64,000 bases of DNA from a bacterium (GCA_040755755.1 JBFLZW010000031.1:64561-128560); one strand, 5' to 3'. Counted from the stretch's first letter, positions 38,013 through 47,488 are shown. Translations and numbers: made by a program. Notes: generated from the letters alone by a model not told the origin.

Positions 38013-38816
38013 TCACGCCATATCCTTTTTTGCCTCTTCCCACAGCTCATCCATCTCCTGAAGAGACATTTCCTGAAGAACCTTTCCCCTCTCCCTGGCC
38101 TTTTTTTCAATGAGCTGAAAGCGGCATATGAACCGGGTGATAGACCGGCTTAACGCCCTGTCTGGATCGACCTTGATGAACCGGGCCATATTTACTAAGG
38201 CGAATAATATATCTCCTAACTCATCTTCCATCTCCTGGGTGTTTTTCCGAAAAAAAGCATCTTCAAATTCCGATATCTCCTCCCGGACCTTGTCAAGGAC
38301 CTGGTCCGCGTGCTCCCAATCGAATCCTGCTCTGGCTGCCTTCTCCTGAAGCCTGTGCGCCCGCAGAAGAGCCGGCAACTGCCGGGGGACTCCATCCAGT
38401 ACCGATTCTCTTGGTTTTTTCCCCTCAGACTGCTTGATCTGCTCCCATCTGGTCAGTACTTCCCGGCTGCTGGTCGCTGTTTCTTTACCGAATACATGAG
38501 GATGCCTGCGGATGAGTTTGGCACAGATAGTTTCAATTACCTCGACAATGGTAAACCTGTCCTCTTCGGCAGAAAGTTGAGCGAGGAAAATTATCTGAAA
38601 CAGCAAATCCCCCAATTCTTCCTTGAGATGATTACCATCATCCTCGTCAATCGCCTCCAGAACTTCGTAGCTTTCCTCGAGAAGGAGGGGTTTTACCGAA
38701 GCGAAGGTTTGCTCTTTATCCCAGACACAGCCATGCTCTCCCCGGAGTGTGGCCGCGATCTGAACCAGGCGGGTAAAAGCTTCGCCGACAGTATGCCGAT
38801 TCTTATCCTCGTGCAC
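38013..38816 (-). CDS. mazG: nucleoside triphosphate pyrophosphohydrolase MazG
   Basis: Tandem MazG domains with EELGDLLFQI and ELGDILFALVN motifs. Confidence 0.85.
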   Translation of the reverse strand: MHEDKNRHTVGEAFTRLVQIAATLRGEHGCVWDKEQTFASVKPLLLEESYEVLEAIDEDDGNHLKEELGDLLFQIIFLAQLSAEEDRFTIVEVIETICAKLIRRHPHVFGKETATSSREVLTRWEQIKQSEGKKPRESVLDGVPRQLPALLRAHRLQEKAARAGFDWEHADQVLDKVREEISEFEDAFFRKNTQEMEDELGDILFALVNMARFIKVDPDRALSRSITRFICRFQLIEKKARERGKVLQEMSLQEMDELWEEAKKDMA

Positions 38817-38963
38817 CGTGCTGATGTGGTCTCCTTTACGATCTTTTTATTATGAGGGCAGTTGTCTGATTATTCTGTAATGGACGGTACCACCTAAATT
38901 ATATATCGATGCTCATTGGATTTTCAAATTAAATATGTCTCATTCTGCATTATTTTTTACCTC

Positions 38964-38992
38964 TTGACATTAAAAATGAATCTTGTTATTTT
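38964..38992 (+). promoter_or_regulatory. candidate sigma-70 promoter of the hrcA operon (TTGACA-17 nt-TATTTT)
   Basis: Consensus -35 with a 17-nt spacer, 10 nt upstream of the CIRCE operator. Confidence 0.4.
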
Positions 38993-39002
38993 TATTCTGA
39001 TG

Positions 39003-39029
39003 TTAGCACTCTATTTAATAGAGTGCTAA
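39003..39029 (+). promoter_or_regulatory. CIRCE operator (HrcA binding site)
   Basis: TTAGCACTC-N9-GAGTGCTAA is a perfect match to the CIRCE consensus, directly upstream of hrcA. Confidence 0.9.
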
Positions 39030-39052
39030 TTTGCTATCATGGAGACATCGAC

Positions 39053-40078
39053 GTGATTGAGGAACTTACTGAACGAGAAAAATTTATCCTTGAAGCAATT
39101 ATCAGGCAATATATCGGTATGGCTGAACCGATCGGTTCCCGGACCATTTCCAAAAAAATCAACCTGCCGCTCTCCCCGGCCACCATCCGTAATATTATGG
39201 CTGATCTGGAAGAGAAGGGATACCTTCAACACCCTCATACCTCTGCCGGGAGGATCCCGACGGATCAGGGCTATCGATATTATGTTGACAACCTTCTCAA
39301 ATCAAGTAGCCGGAAAAAGTCCAGAAAGACAGGGCTTGAGCCCCTGTCAAAAATTCATGAGCGGGAGGAGCTCATGGAAGGAGCCTGCCGGCTCTTATCC
39401 CTGCTGTCCAAATATGTCGGTATCGTCATTCCACCCAAGATCACTGACCTGCGGATGAAGCGCATGGATTTTATCCCCTTGAGCTCACACCGGATACTGG
39501 CGGTATTTGTATCTGAGACCGGCCTGGTGTACAACAAGATTATCGAGGCCAGGGAACCGTACACCGAGCGAGAGCTGAATATGATGAACCAGTTCATCAA
39601 TGAACGGTATCAGCATATGAATATCGTGCAAATCAGGGATAAACTCATGGAAGTAGTGTCCGAAGAGGGGAGACTGTACAAGAACCTGTTTGACAATATC
39701 AACCTCCTCAGTGAGGAAATCTCCAGAAGTCAGACAGACAGCCTCTATCTGCAGGGGCAGTCGAATATTCTGAAGCATCCAGAGTTTGCCGATGTCCAGA
39801 AGATCAGGGCGCTGTTCGATGCCTTCGAGGAAAAGATCAAGCTCATCCGGCTGCTGGATAAATGCATCGATTACGAGGGAGTAAGGGTTATCATCGGAGC
39901 GGAAAACGATAACCCTGATATTCAGGATTGCAGCATTGTCGCGGCACGCTACCAGATGGGAACCCTAGCCAGCGGCGTTATCGGCGTTATCGGGCCTACC
40001 AGGATGCGGTATCAGGAAGTTATCGAGCTGGTAGGCAGTGCAGCGAAAATCATCGATACGCTTTTCTCCGAAGAATAA
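39053..40078 (+). CDS. hrcA: heat-inducible transcription repressor HrcA
   Basis: LTEREKFILEAIIRQYIGMAEPIGSRTISKK winged-helix N-terminus. ~340 aa. Start placed at the GTG after CIRCE; the tracked ORF starts inside CIRCE. Confidence 0.9.
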   Translation: MIEELTEREKFILEAIIRQYIGMAEPIGSRTISKKINLPLSPATIRNIMADLEEKGYLQHPHTSAGRIPTDQGYRYYVDNLLKSSSRKKSRKTGLEPLSKIHEREELMEGACRLLSLLSKYVGIVIPPKITDLRMKRMDFIPLSSHRILAVFVSETGLVYNKIIEAREPYTERELNMMNQFINERYQHMNIVQIRDKLMEVVSEEGRLYKNLFDNINLLSEEISRSQTDSLYLQGQSNILKHPEFADVQKIRALFDAFEEKIKLIRLLDKCIDYEGVRVIIGAENDNPDIQDCSIVAARYQMGTLASGVIGVIGPTRMRYQEVIELVGSAAKIIDTLFSEE

Positions 40079-40137
40079 CAGATTATCAATCCATATGAAT
40101 TCAAAAGAACATCAGTAATAACAGGAGGAATTATCTT

Positions 40138-40695
40138 TTGGCTGAACCAGAAATACAATCAGCCCAGGCCGATGATCAGCAGGAAGCGCTGAGTGCACTT
40201 CATCAGGAACTCAATAACCTGAAGCGGCAGCTCGAACACTGTCAAAGTGCGCTCCAGAAGGAAAAGGAAATAAATAGAGAGCTTTCCGATAAGTCGTTGC
40301 GCCTTCAGGCGGAGTTTGAGAATTTTCGCCAGCGGATGCAGAAAGAAAAATCTGATTTCATGCGGTATGCACTCGAAAACCTCTTCAAAAATCTCCTGCC
40401 CCTGATCGATAACTTCGAGTTGGCCCTGGAATCGGCTGAAAAATCCTCGTGCTTCGAGGGGCTTTCCGAAGGAGTGAAACTTATTCACAGCCAGTTCCTG
40501 GATACTCTCCAGAAAGAGGGCCTGACCCGCTTTTCCTCTCTCGGCGAGCTCTTTGATCCCCGAAAGCATGAGGCTGTTATCCAGGTAGACTCTGACGGTC
40601 ATGGTGAAAATACCGTCGTAGAAGAATTCAAGAAGGGATATTGCCTCCATGACCGGCTTTTACGGCCCGCTCTGGTGGCCGTTGTTAAGGGCTGA
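40138..40695 (+). CDS. grpE: nucleotide exchange factor GrpE
   Basis: Coiled-coil N-terminus and the GrpE core (FENFRQRMQKEK...KGY). Confidence 0.9.
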   Translation: MAEPEIQSAQADDQQEALSALHQELNNLKRQLEHCQSALQKEKEINRELSDKSLRLQAEFENFRQRMQKEKSDFMRYALENLFKNLLPLIDNFELALESAEKSSCFEGLSEGVKLIHSQFLDTLQKEGLTRFSSLGELFDPRKHEAVIQVDSDGHGENTVVEEFKKGYCLHDRLLRPALVAVVKG

Positions 40696-40714
40696 CCCCT
40701 TAACCCATGAAAAA

Positions 40715-41503
40715 ATGCCCAAATTTTTTATACTCCCGAAGGATATTTCCTCCGATCAGGCAATTATCAGAGGTGGTGACGCCCATCACATCCGCCGTGT
40801 TCTCCGCTTGAAGGCGAACGATGAGATAACGATCAATTGTCAGGGCAGAGACCTCCTGGCCCGGATTGAAACCATCTCTCCCTCCGAGGTCCGGCTTCGG
40901 ATCATGGAGCATCTTCCCTCCCCCTTCCAGAACAAAAATTCCCTCGTCCTGGTCCAGGGGATTCCCAAGCACTCGACCATGGACCTGATCCTCCAGAAAT
41001 CCACCGAGCTCGGAGTTGAGGAAATCATGCCCCTGGCCTCAAGCCGCAGCTTCGTCAATGAACAAAGGACAGTATCTGAAGGAAGGTGGCAGCGATGGCA
41101 AAAAATCTGCCAGGAGGCTGCCAAGCAATGCGGCCGAAGCACGGTTCCCAAGCTCCATCATCCGCTCGACCTTCCCGCCGTGTGCAGCCAGGTGGTCAAA
41201 GAGAACCGCATTCTTCCCCTGCTCCTGTGGGAGAAAGCCCAGCAGAGCCCCCTGAAATCCATCCTGGCTGGGAGGAGAAGAGTACACGGCAGAGAAGAAG
41301 AGGAAGATAGAGAATCAGGGACCAGAGAAGGAAATAAAATCTTTATCCTGGTTGGACCGGAAGGGAGCTTTTCCGGGGATGAAATTCAAATGGCCATACA
41401 GGCCGGGTTCATCCCCGTATCCTGTGCTCCCTGGATACTTCGGGCCGAGACTGCTGCCCTCTATGCACTATCCATTATTCAGTACGAGTTCAATTTCCCA
41501 TAG
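40715..41503 (+). CDS. rsmE: 16S rRNA (uracil1498-N3)-methyltransferase
   Basis: MPKFFILP...GDAHHIRRVLRLK...LVQGIPK...ILVGPEGSFS motifs of RsmE. Confidence 0.85.
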   Translation: MPKFFILPKDISSDQAIIRGGDAHHIRRVLRLKANDEITINCQGRDLLARIETISPSEVRLRIMEHLPSPFQNKNSLVLVQGIPKHSTMDLILQKSTELGVEEIMPLASSRSFVNEQRTVSEGRWQRWQKICQEAAKQCGRSTVPKLHHPLDLPAVCSQVVKENRILPLLLWEKAQQSPLKSILAGRRRVHGREEEEDRESGTREGNKIFILVGPEGSFSGDEIQMAIQAGFIPVSCAPWILRAETAALYALSIIQYEFNFP

Positions 41504-41739
41504 GCACCCCGGGATGAGCCGGATATGCAGGGTATGCAGAGCGCGCTGAAGCCGCCTTCTTTCTCCCTCGCCCCTTCGGGGAGAGGGCCGGGGTGAGGGG
41601 CTTTCTCGGTACGTAGCCTAAAGCTATTGACATTGCCCACTGGGGCTCCCTGCAGGCTGCCCACACAAGGGGCAAGGGCAGGCACATGAATGCCTGCCCT
41701 TCCAGGTGATAAAAATCATTACCCCCACATTGGCGCAGA

Positions 41740-42165
41740 TTAGATTCCAAGTGCCAGCAGGGTAGTGGTAGATGTGCTTCCTCCCAGGAGAAGAGCAGTA
41801 GCTATACCGATACTGGTAGAACTGGTGGTGTAGGTTGGATAGGAGTAAGTAGGTGTTGGAGTGGGCGTAGAATAGGTAGTATAGGGAGTATAGCTCGTAT
41901 AGGGAGTAGTGCTGTAAAGAGTGGTGGAGGAAGTGGGAAGTACGCCTAACAGGGCAAGTGTGGTCAATAGTGCCTGAGCACCCCGGTAAGGAATAAGCTC
42001 TGGAGGAACGGGAACATAGGGAGAATACCCAAAGGGGCTGTAAACATAGGTATAATAGGGACCGGAAGCACTGTAGTAGGCATCGGCAGTGGATACAAAA
42101 GCCGGGGAGGATATTAACACTACCATAAAAAGCCACAAAGCTGCTTTTCCAATTTTTGCTCTCAT
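41740..42165 (-). CDS. secreted Tyr/Thr/Ser/Pro-rich low-complexity protein
   Basis: Good RBS (AAGGGA). Signal peptide MRAKIGKAALWLFMVVLISSPAFVSTADA. Mature part is dominated by Y/T/S/P repeats (YTSYTPYTTYSTPTPTPTYSYPTYTT) with a hydrophobic C-terminal tail. Preceded by a 585-bp AT-rich region. Confidence 0.5.
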   Translation of the reverse strand: MRAKIGKAALWLFMVVLISSPAFVSTADAYYSASGPYYTYVYSPFGYSPYVPVPPELIPYRGAQALLTTLALLGVLPTSSTTLYSTTPYTSYTPYTTYSTPTPTPTYSYPTYTTSSTSIGIATALLLGGSTSTTTLLALGI

Positions 42166-42750
42166 TGCGTTTCCCTTTCATAATCTTGAAGCTTTCCGAT
42201 TTGTTTTCTCATAAACCCTGACCTGCTTACCACGGGCAAAGCATAATAGCCATCTCTCACCCCCTTTGTGAACTCAGTGCGAACACTCTTCTCGCCGGAA
42301 AAATGAGAAAAACAGATGCATGAAAATAGCTGGAGAAGAAGTCGCTTAATTAAAGAGATTGTTAAAAAAGGCTGGGGAACTGGGGAGAAATAATTATTGT
42401 ATCGTATGAGCCGTTGAATGAATGAAAATATGTGTCTATTATATTGAGACGAATTTTTTTCGATTTCGTTATGGAACGGCCTTTGTTTAATTGAGAGGCT
42501 ATCTGAAAATCTCCCTCCAGATGAAGAACTGTACCTGCCGTCATCGAGAAGCTGGAGAAAAAGGTTAAAAACATCCGGCCTCAATGTCCTTTTTCCATTT
42601 CATCCAGTAAAATAACGCTGTAGGACCTAACAGTTTTAACTTATACTGAAATATGTTAAGGATTAATCTATTAATATATAATTAATCGTGGGCACATCTC
42701 CTTCCAGAATCAAATTGACATTTATGCATAAATGATGCATACTTGTGCAT

Positions 42751-42948
42751 ATGAGGACGACATTAAACATTGATGACAAAATTTTAGAGAAGGCTTCACT
42801 GTTAACAGGTGTAAAGGAAAAGACAGCCTTAGTGCGTCTTGGATTAGAGGCCCTTATAGCTCGTGAAAGCAGTAAGCGACTCGCAAGGCTGGGTGGCTCT
42901 GAAAAGAATCTTCGGCCTATTCCAAGACGAAGGTTTAAAGAATCATAA
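42751..42948 (+). CDS. vapB: VapB-type antitoxin
   Basis: MRTTLNIDDKILEKA...ALVRLGLEAL matches ribbon-helix-helix-type VapB antitoxins. Ends 2 nt before the PIN gene. Confidence 0.55.
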   Translation: MRTTLNIDDKILEKASLLTGVKEKTALVRLGLEALIARESSKRLARLGGSEKNLRPIPRRRFKES

Positions 42949-42950
42949 TC

Positions 42951-43328
42951 ATGGTTATCGTCGATACTTCTCTTTGGGTTACCCACCTGAGAGAAGGCAA
43001 CAACCACCTTGAAGAATTGCTGCTGAATGGAGAAGTACTCTGTCATCCCTTCATCGTCGGTGAATTGGCGTGTGGGAACATCAAAAACAGAGTTGAATTA
43101 CTGACGCTTCTTCAATCACTTGAGATGGCTCCAACTGTCACCTTGGATGAACTATTGTATTTTATTGAGCGAAATAGATTAATGGGCAAAGGGGTCGGTT
43201 TTGTTGATGCACACCTATTAGCCTCAGCCCAATTAGCGGAAGTGCCCTTATGGACTTCTGATAAGAGATTGAAATCATCGGCAATTGACCTTAAAGTCGC
43301 CTATAAAGACGGGGCTGTTATATTCTGA
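42951..43328 (+). CDS. vapC: PIN-domain toxin VapC
   Basis: MVIVDTSLWV...VDAHLLASA...WTSDKRL are the conserved PIN acidic positions. 125 aa. Confidence 0.8.
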   Translation: MVIVDTSLWVTHLREGNNHLEELLLNGEVLCHPFIVGELACGNIKNRVELLTLLQSLEMAPTVTLDELLYFIERNRLMGKGVGFVDAHLLASAQLAEVPLWTSDKRLKSSAIDLKVAYKDGAVIF

Positions 43329-43368
43329 AGGGCGAAATGTAACCCTGTCCCCCTTACCCCCTTCAGCC

Positions 43369-44334
43369 TTAATGTTTCCAGAGCTTCTTCAAAATGGAAA
43401 GCGGGCCTTTGGTGTCTTTATTCTCAGGGGCATCCTTGTGCTGGTGTCCTTCCCCTTTTTGATCGGAGGAAGGGGAACCCGGACGCTCATTGGAGGAGGG
43501 CTTTGGTATTTCAGCCAGGCGGCCGCTGCCCAGAAAGCGAAACAGGGGCCCCAAGGGGCCGAGGGACAGCTCATCGCCGGGATTGAGCGGTGACTGAAGG
43601 TCGATGGGCTGCCGGTTGACCATAATCAATCGTTGTCCCGTGAGGTCCTTGACCCAGTAGCGATCCTGACTGTAGAAGACCTGGACATGCTGACCCTGGA
43701 TACCAGGATGGTCAAGCTGAAAATCGCAGCTTGCCTCTTTTCCCATGGTAACCGGCACCGCTTTGTATGAGCGCAGCGTAGGGCCATACTGGATAATGAG
43801 GGGGACTCTCACGTTGTGCACCACGACTTTGCCTGCTGCCTCGACAGGCTCAGGATGAAGGGGTGGGGGTTCGGGCTGGAGGAAGGGGTGCTCAGGCTCC
43901 AGCCGGGAAGATGAATCCGGTTCACTCTCCGGGGGATGATGCGGCGGTGAAGGCAGGGGGCCGCTTTGCTGCGGAGCCGGGAGAACGCTTTCTTTCCCGG
44001 CTTGGTTTTCCTGAATCTGGGTCAGGAAGCTGACCTTTGGCCCGCCTTCGGCAAAAGACAACACGTCTCCGTTCTTCAGGTACGCCTCTTCAACCACTCT
44101 CTTGCCGTTGACAAAGGTGCCATTGGTGCTGTGGTCTACCAATTTAAAGCGATTTCCGTCTCGGACTATTTCGGCATGGTTGCGGGAAATTATGGTCAGA
44201 TCCGCCGGGAACTTCAAATGACATGACTGGTGGCGGCCAATGGCAATCCTGGCTTCGGAAAACTCCTGAATTTCGCCCTTGAGAGGCCCTTGAATATGAA
44301 CGAGTTGAACGGTAATAACCGGCTGTTGCTTCAT
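43369..44334 (-). CDS. tandem FHA-domain protein with Pro-rich linker
   Basis: Two FHA cores (IGRHQSCHLKF...SRNHAEI...GSTNGTFVNG and MGKEASCDFQL...GQHVQVF...GQRLIMVN) separated by a PPHHPPESEPD linker. Confidence 0.8.
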   Translation of the reverse strand: MKQQPVITVQLVHIQGPLKGEIQEFSEARIAIGRHQSCHLKFPADLTIISRNHAEIVRDGNRFKLVDHSTNGTFVNGKRVVEEAYLKNGDVLSFAEGGPKVSFLTQIQENQAGKESVLPAPQQSGPLPSPPHHPPESEPDSSSRLEPEHPFLQPEPPPLHPEPVEAAGKVVVHNVRVPLIIQYGPTLRSYKAVPVTMGKEASCDFQLDHPGIQGQHVQVFYSQDRYWVKDLTGQRLIMVNRQPIDLQSPLNPGDELSLGPLGPLFRFLGSGRLAEIPKPSSNERPGSPSSDQKGEGHQHKDAPENKDTKGPLSILKKLWKH

Positions 44335-44521
44335 TGGGAATAAAAATTATCTGATGGTAAATGGTTTATCATCCTGTTTGCAGTCCAGAACTCAATTATA
44401 GCCTGAATCTCGCATTTCTTGCAAGAAAATAATTATTTACAACCTGCCATAAGTTTACTAAAATAGGATTGACTTTTAACCTTTCTCATGAGAGGATCTA
44501 TAACCACCAAATTGAAAGGCG

Positions 44522-45250
44522 ATGCCTATGACAGTCTCATTTGGACAATCAGATCCTGGCCTCAGACGCTCGAATAATGAAGATGCTTTCATCATCATAT
44601 CCGAAGCGGACCTTCTGGCAGTGGCCGATGGAATGGGCGGGGCAGCGGCTGGTGAGGTGGCCAGCCGGATATTTATTGAATCCGCCTCGGCACTTTCCGG
44701 CGGTGCGAAGTGTCAATCCGAGCAGGAAGCCCTTGTCAGGGTCCAGGATATCTTCAGATCAGCCAATGAAAAAATTATTAACCATGCCAGGCAGAACCCT
44801 CAGTGCCGGGGAATGGGGTGTACCGCCGAAGTCATTGTCTTCACCAGCCAGGGTTATGTTCTTGGCCATGTAGGAGACAGCCGCACCTATCTGCTGCGAG
44901 CGGGACAACTGAAACGATTGACGCATGATCACTCTGTGGTCCAGGAGCAGATCGACCAGGGCCTCATCACGCCAGAGGATGCCAGAAAACATCCCCTCAA
45001 AAGTGTTATCCTCAGAGCTGTAGGTGTCAACGAACAGTTGGCCCTTGACCTGATACGGGATAAAACCGTTCCCGGCGACCTTTTTCTCCTCTGCTCCGAC
45101 GGTCTGACAGATATGATTGACGATTCCTTCATCAAGGATATCCTTTCCCGTCCCCTGACTCTTTCTCAAAAGGGAACCCAGTTAATCGAGGCTGCCAAAT
45201 CAGCCGGGGGGTATGACAACGTAACGGTAGTTCTCGGTGAAGTAAAGTGA
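44522..45250 (+). CDS. PP2C-family Ser/Thr protein phosphatase
   Basis: RRSNNEDAF...VADGMGGAAAGE...GDSR...CSDGL motifs of PPM phosphatases. Confidence 0.85.
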   Translation: MPMTVSFGQSDPGLRRSNNEDAFIIISEADLLAVADGMGGAAAGEVASRIFIESASALSGGAKCQSEQEALVRVQDIFRSANEKIINHARQNPQCRGMGCTAEVIVFTSQGYVLGHVGDSRTYLLRAGQLKRLTHDHSVVQEQIDQGLITPEDARKHPLKSVILRAVGVNEQLALDLIRDKTVPGDLFLLCSDGLTDMIDDSFIKDILSRPLTLSQKGTQLIEAAKSAGGYDNVTVVLGEVK

Positions 45251-46204
45251 TTGACCATGAGCAAGTTCACTCGGGCGTGGATGGTCCTGGCCGTTGCCGC
45301 TGTCACGGTTTTTCTGCTGTTTGCGTTTGCCGGGGCTGGAAGCGCGGACGTGGAGTTCAGATCGTATCCTTTTCCTCTGCCGGAGGTGGAGGATGTCATT
45401 TCACGATGGCTGCACAGCAACGGCTTTGAGATCGTCCGTGCTTGCCGGGAAGGGGGCCAGGTCCACCTGGGAGCGATGAAAGAAGGCGAGCGCTGGCAGA
45501 TCATGCTCAAGCCCCGCTCTCCCCTGGCCTCGGAGGTCCAGGCCGAATACTTCCGGCAGGGGCAGCCCGATCAGGCGCTCCAGAAAGAACTATGGGCCCA
45601 TCTGCAAAGATATGCCCGGAATCCTGCTGCCGAACAAGAGGATTACGGTGTCCCCTCCCCGGTTTTGGCCCACAGTGAATCGGTGGTCTGCATCAAAGCC
45701 GAGCGGGGAGGAAAACCGATTCAGTTCTCCGGTTTCATTATTGACCGGGAGGGGTTAATATTAGGAACAGCCCATGACCTTGAAGGGATCCAGGAGGTCA
45801 GGGTTATTCTCGATAACGGCCATGAGCTGAACGGACAACTATGCAGGGCCGATCATGACCGGGATTTGGCTCTTATTGCCGTCAAGACCAGGTTCGATGC
45901 CTGCATTTCTCTTTCCCGGGGACGAAACCTCCTGAGCATGGGTGAAAAGGTGTTTTCGATCGGATGTCCCGTCAATCTGCAGGGAACGGTCCATGCCGGT
46001 TTCATCGACGGCCCTCCGAGGAAGGTGAATACTCTGCTCCTGTGGCAGGTGAATATGGAAGTCCTGCCGGGAAGCAGCGGCAGCCCGGTGTTTGATACCC
46101 AGGGAAACGTGGTGGCTGTTGTCAAGGGCAGATACCGCGGCACGGATTCAGTGGGCTTTCTGATCCCAATGGAGACGATCAGAGAATTTATGGGACAAAA
46201 ATAG
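45251..46204 (+). CDS. membrane-anchored trypsin-like (S1) serine protease with N-terminal domain of unknown function
   Basis: N-terminal TM/signal. C-terminal chymotrypsin fold with GTAHDL (His), DLALI (Asp) and GSSGSPVFD (Ser). No PDZ. Starts 1 nt after the PP2C stop. Confidence 0.75.
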   Translation: MTMSKFTRAWMVLAVAAVTVFLLFAFAGAGSADVEFRSYPFPLPEVEDVISRWLHSNGFEIVRACREGGQVHLGAMKEGERWQIMLKPRSPLASEVQAEYFRQGQPDQALQKELWAHLQRYARNPAAEQEDYGVPSPVLAHSESVVCIKAERGGKPIQFSGFIIDREGLILGTAHDLEGIQEVRVILDNGHELNGQLCRADHDRDLALIAVKTRFDACISLSRGRNLLSMGEKVFSIGCPVNLQGTVHAGFIDGPPRKVNTLLLWQVNMEVLPGSSGSPVFDTQGNVVAVVKGRYRGTDSVGFLIPMETIREFMGQK

Positions 46205-46217
46205 GACGGAAGTTAGC

Positions 46218-47450
46218 ATGTTATTACAGTATGGACGGTATCAGATCGAAAATGAGCTTGGCAAGGGAGCTATGGGGGTGGTCTACCGGGCCCATGATCC
46301 CCGGATTGACCGGTCAGTCGCTTTGAAGGTCCTGCGTCCGGACCGGGTCACCAACGAGGATTTCGTCCAGCGGTTCCTCAAGGAGGCTAAAGCGATTGGC
46401 AGGCTTTCGCATCCCAATATCGTTACTGTCTATGACGTCGGGCAGGATCAGGACACGATCTTTATTGCCATGGAATTTCTCGATGGCAAACCTCTTCATA
46501 CGATCTTGCAGGAAGCAAAACCGGATATTGGCACCATCGTCGATCTTGGCATCCAGGTAGCCTGTGCCCTCGATTATGCCCACCAGAAGGGAATCGTTCA
46601 CCGGGATATCAAGCCCGGCAATATTATTGTCCAGCCCGATGGCCGGGTGAAAATAACCGACTTCGGAATTGCCCATATCGAAGATTCCTCGGCCACGCAG
46701 CAGACCAGGGCGGGAGAGATTCTCGGCAGCCCGGCTTATATGTCCCCCGAACAGGTGATGGGCCAGCCGGTGGACGGACGCTCAGATCTGTATTCGCTGG
46801 GCGTTGTCCTCTACGAGCTGTGCGCCGGGAAGCGGCCCTTCCAGGAAGATAACCTGGCCGCTCTTTTCAGGGCCATTACTCAGGATAATCCCCCTGAACT
46901 GTCAGCTCTCGACCCGGCAATCCCCCCCCTGCTTTCGCAGACAATCGTAAAGTGCCTGAGCAAGCAGCCGGAGAAACGCTTTCAGACCGGCCTTGCCCTG
47001 GCCGATGCCCTGAAGACCTGCCTGAAGAAGACAAAAGCCGCCCCGACCGGACAGGATCGGCCAAAGGGCAGGTTCCTGGTGCTCCTGATCGCGGTTTTCC
47101 TGATCAGTATCACGGCGGGGATTTTGGTCTATTTCTTCGGCTCAGCCAGGGATGATCGTCTTCCTCCTCCTTCTCCTCCTCCGTCGGTTACGGAGCAGCA
47201 ACCGCCGCCGACTGGAGAAGCGCCTCCGGTGATTGCTTTTCTCAAGGTCGAAAGTACGCCCGTCGGTGCCCAGATTTTCGTGGATGGAACCCTGCACGGG
47301 AAAACGCCTGCCCGGCTTGAGCTTGCGCCCGGAAAACATGAGGTCCGGCTGACTTTGCCCGCTTATTTTGACTGGGAAGCCCAGGTTCAGTTACCCGAAA
47401 AGGTCGAGACCCCTCTCCTGGTCCGGCTGATGCCGACCGAGGAGGAGTAG
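46218..47450 (+). CDS. Hanks-type Ser/Thr protein kinase with TM segment and extracytoplasmic PEGA domain
   Basis: Kinase motifs GKGAMGVVY, HRDIKPGN, DFG, SPE. TM segment FLVLLIAVFLISITAGILVYFF. C-terminal ESTPVGAQIFVDGTLHGKTPARLELAPGKHEVRL is a PEGA domain. Confidence 0.9.
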   Translation: MLLQYGRYQIENELGKGAMGVVYRAHDPRIDRSVALKVLRPDRVTNEDFVQRFLKEAKAIGRLSHPNIVTVYDVGQDQDTIFIAMEFLDGKPLHTILQEAKPDIGTIVDLGIQVACALDYAHQKGIVHRDIKPGNIIVQPDGRVKITDFGIAHIEDSSATQQTRAGEILGSPAYMSPEQVMGQPVDGRSDLYSLGVVLYELCAGKRPFQEDNLAALFRAITQDNPPELSALDPAIPPLLSQTIVKCLSKQPEKRFQTGLALADALKTCLKKTKAAPTGQDRPKGRFLVLLIAVFLISITAGILVYFFGSARDDRLPPPSPPPSVTEQQPPPTGEAPPVIAFLKVESTPVGAQIFVDGTLHGKTPARLELAPGKHEVRLTLPAYFDWEAQVQLPEKVETPLLVRLMPTEEE

Positions 47451-47483
47451 TGGTCAGTGGTCAGTGATCAGTGGTTAGTGGCT
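47449..47483. repeat. five tandem AGTGGTC-type heptamers (AGTGGTC AGTGGTC AGTGATC AGTGGTT AGTGGCT)
   Basis: Read directly. The first unit overlaps the kinase stop codon. A second array of the same heptamer is at 59121-59176. Confidence 0.6.
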
Positions 47484-47488
47484 GGAAT

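Noticed and set aside
41479-41750. Small ORFs encoding PSPLRGEGRGEG-like peptides after rsmE
   Set aside because: These are translations across a GC-rich hairpin (CTCCCTCGCCCC TTC GGGGAGAGGG) and a second perfect 9-bp hairpin (GGGCAGGCA-N6-TGCCTGCCC). They are structural DNA/RNA features without a U-tract, not genes.
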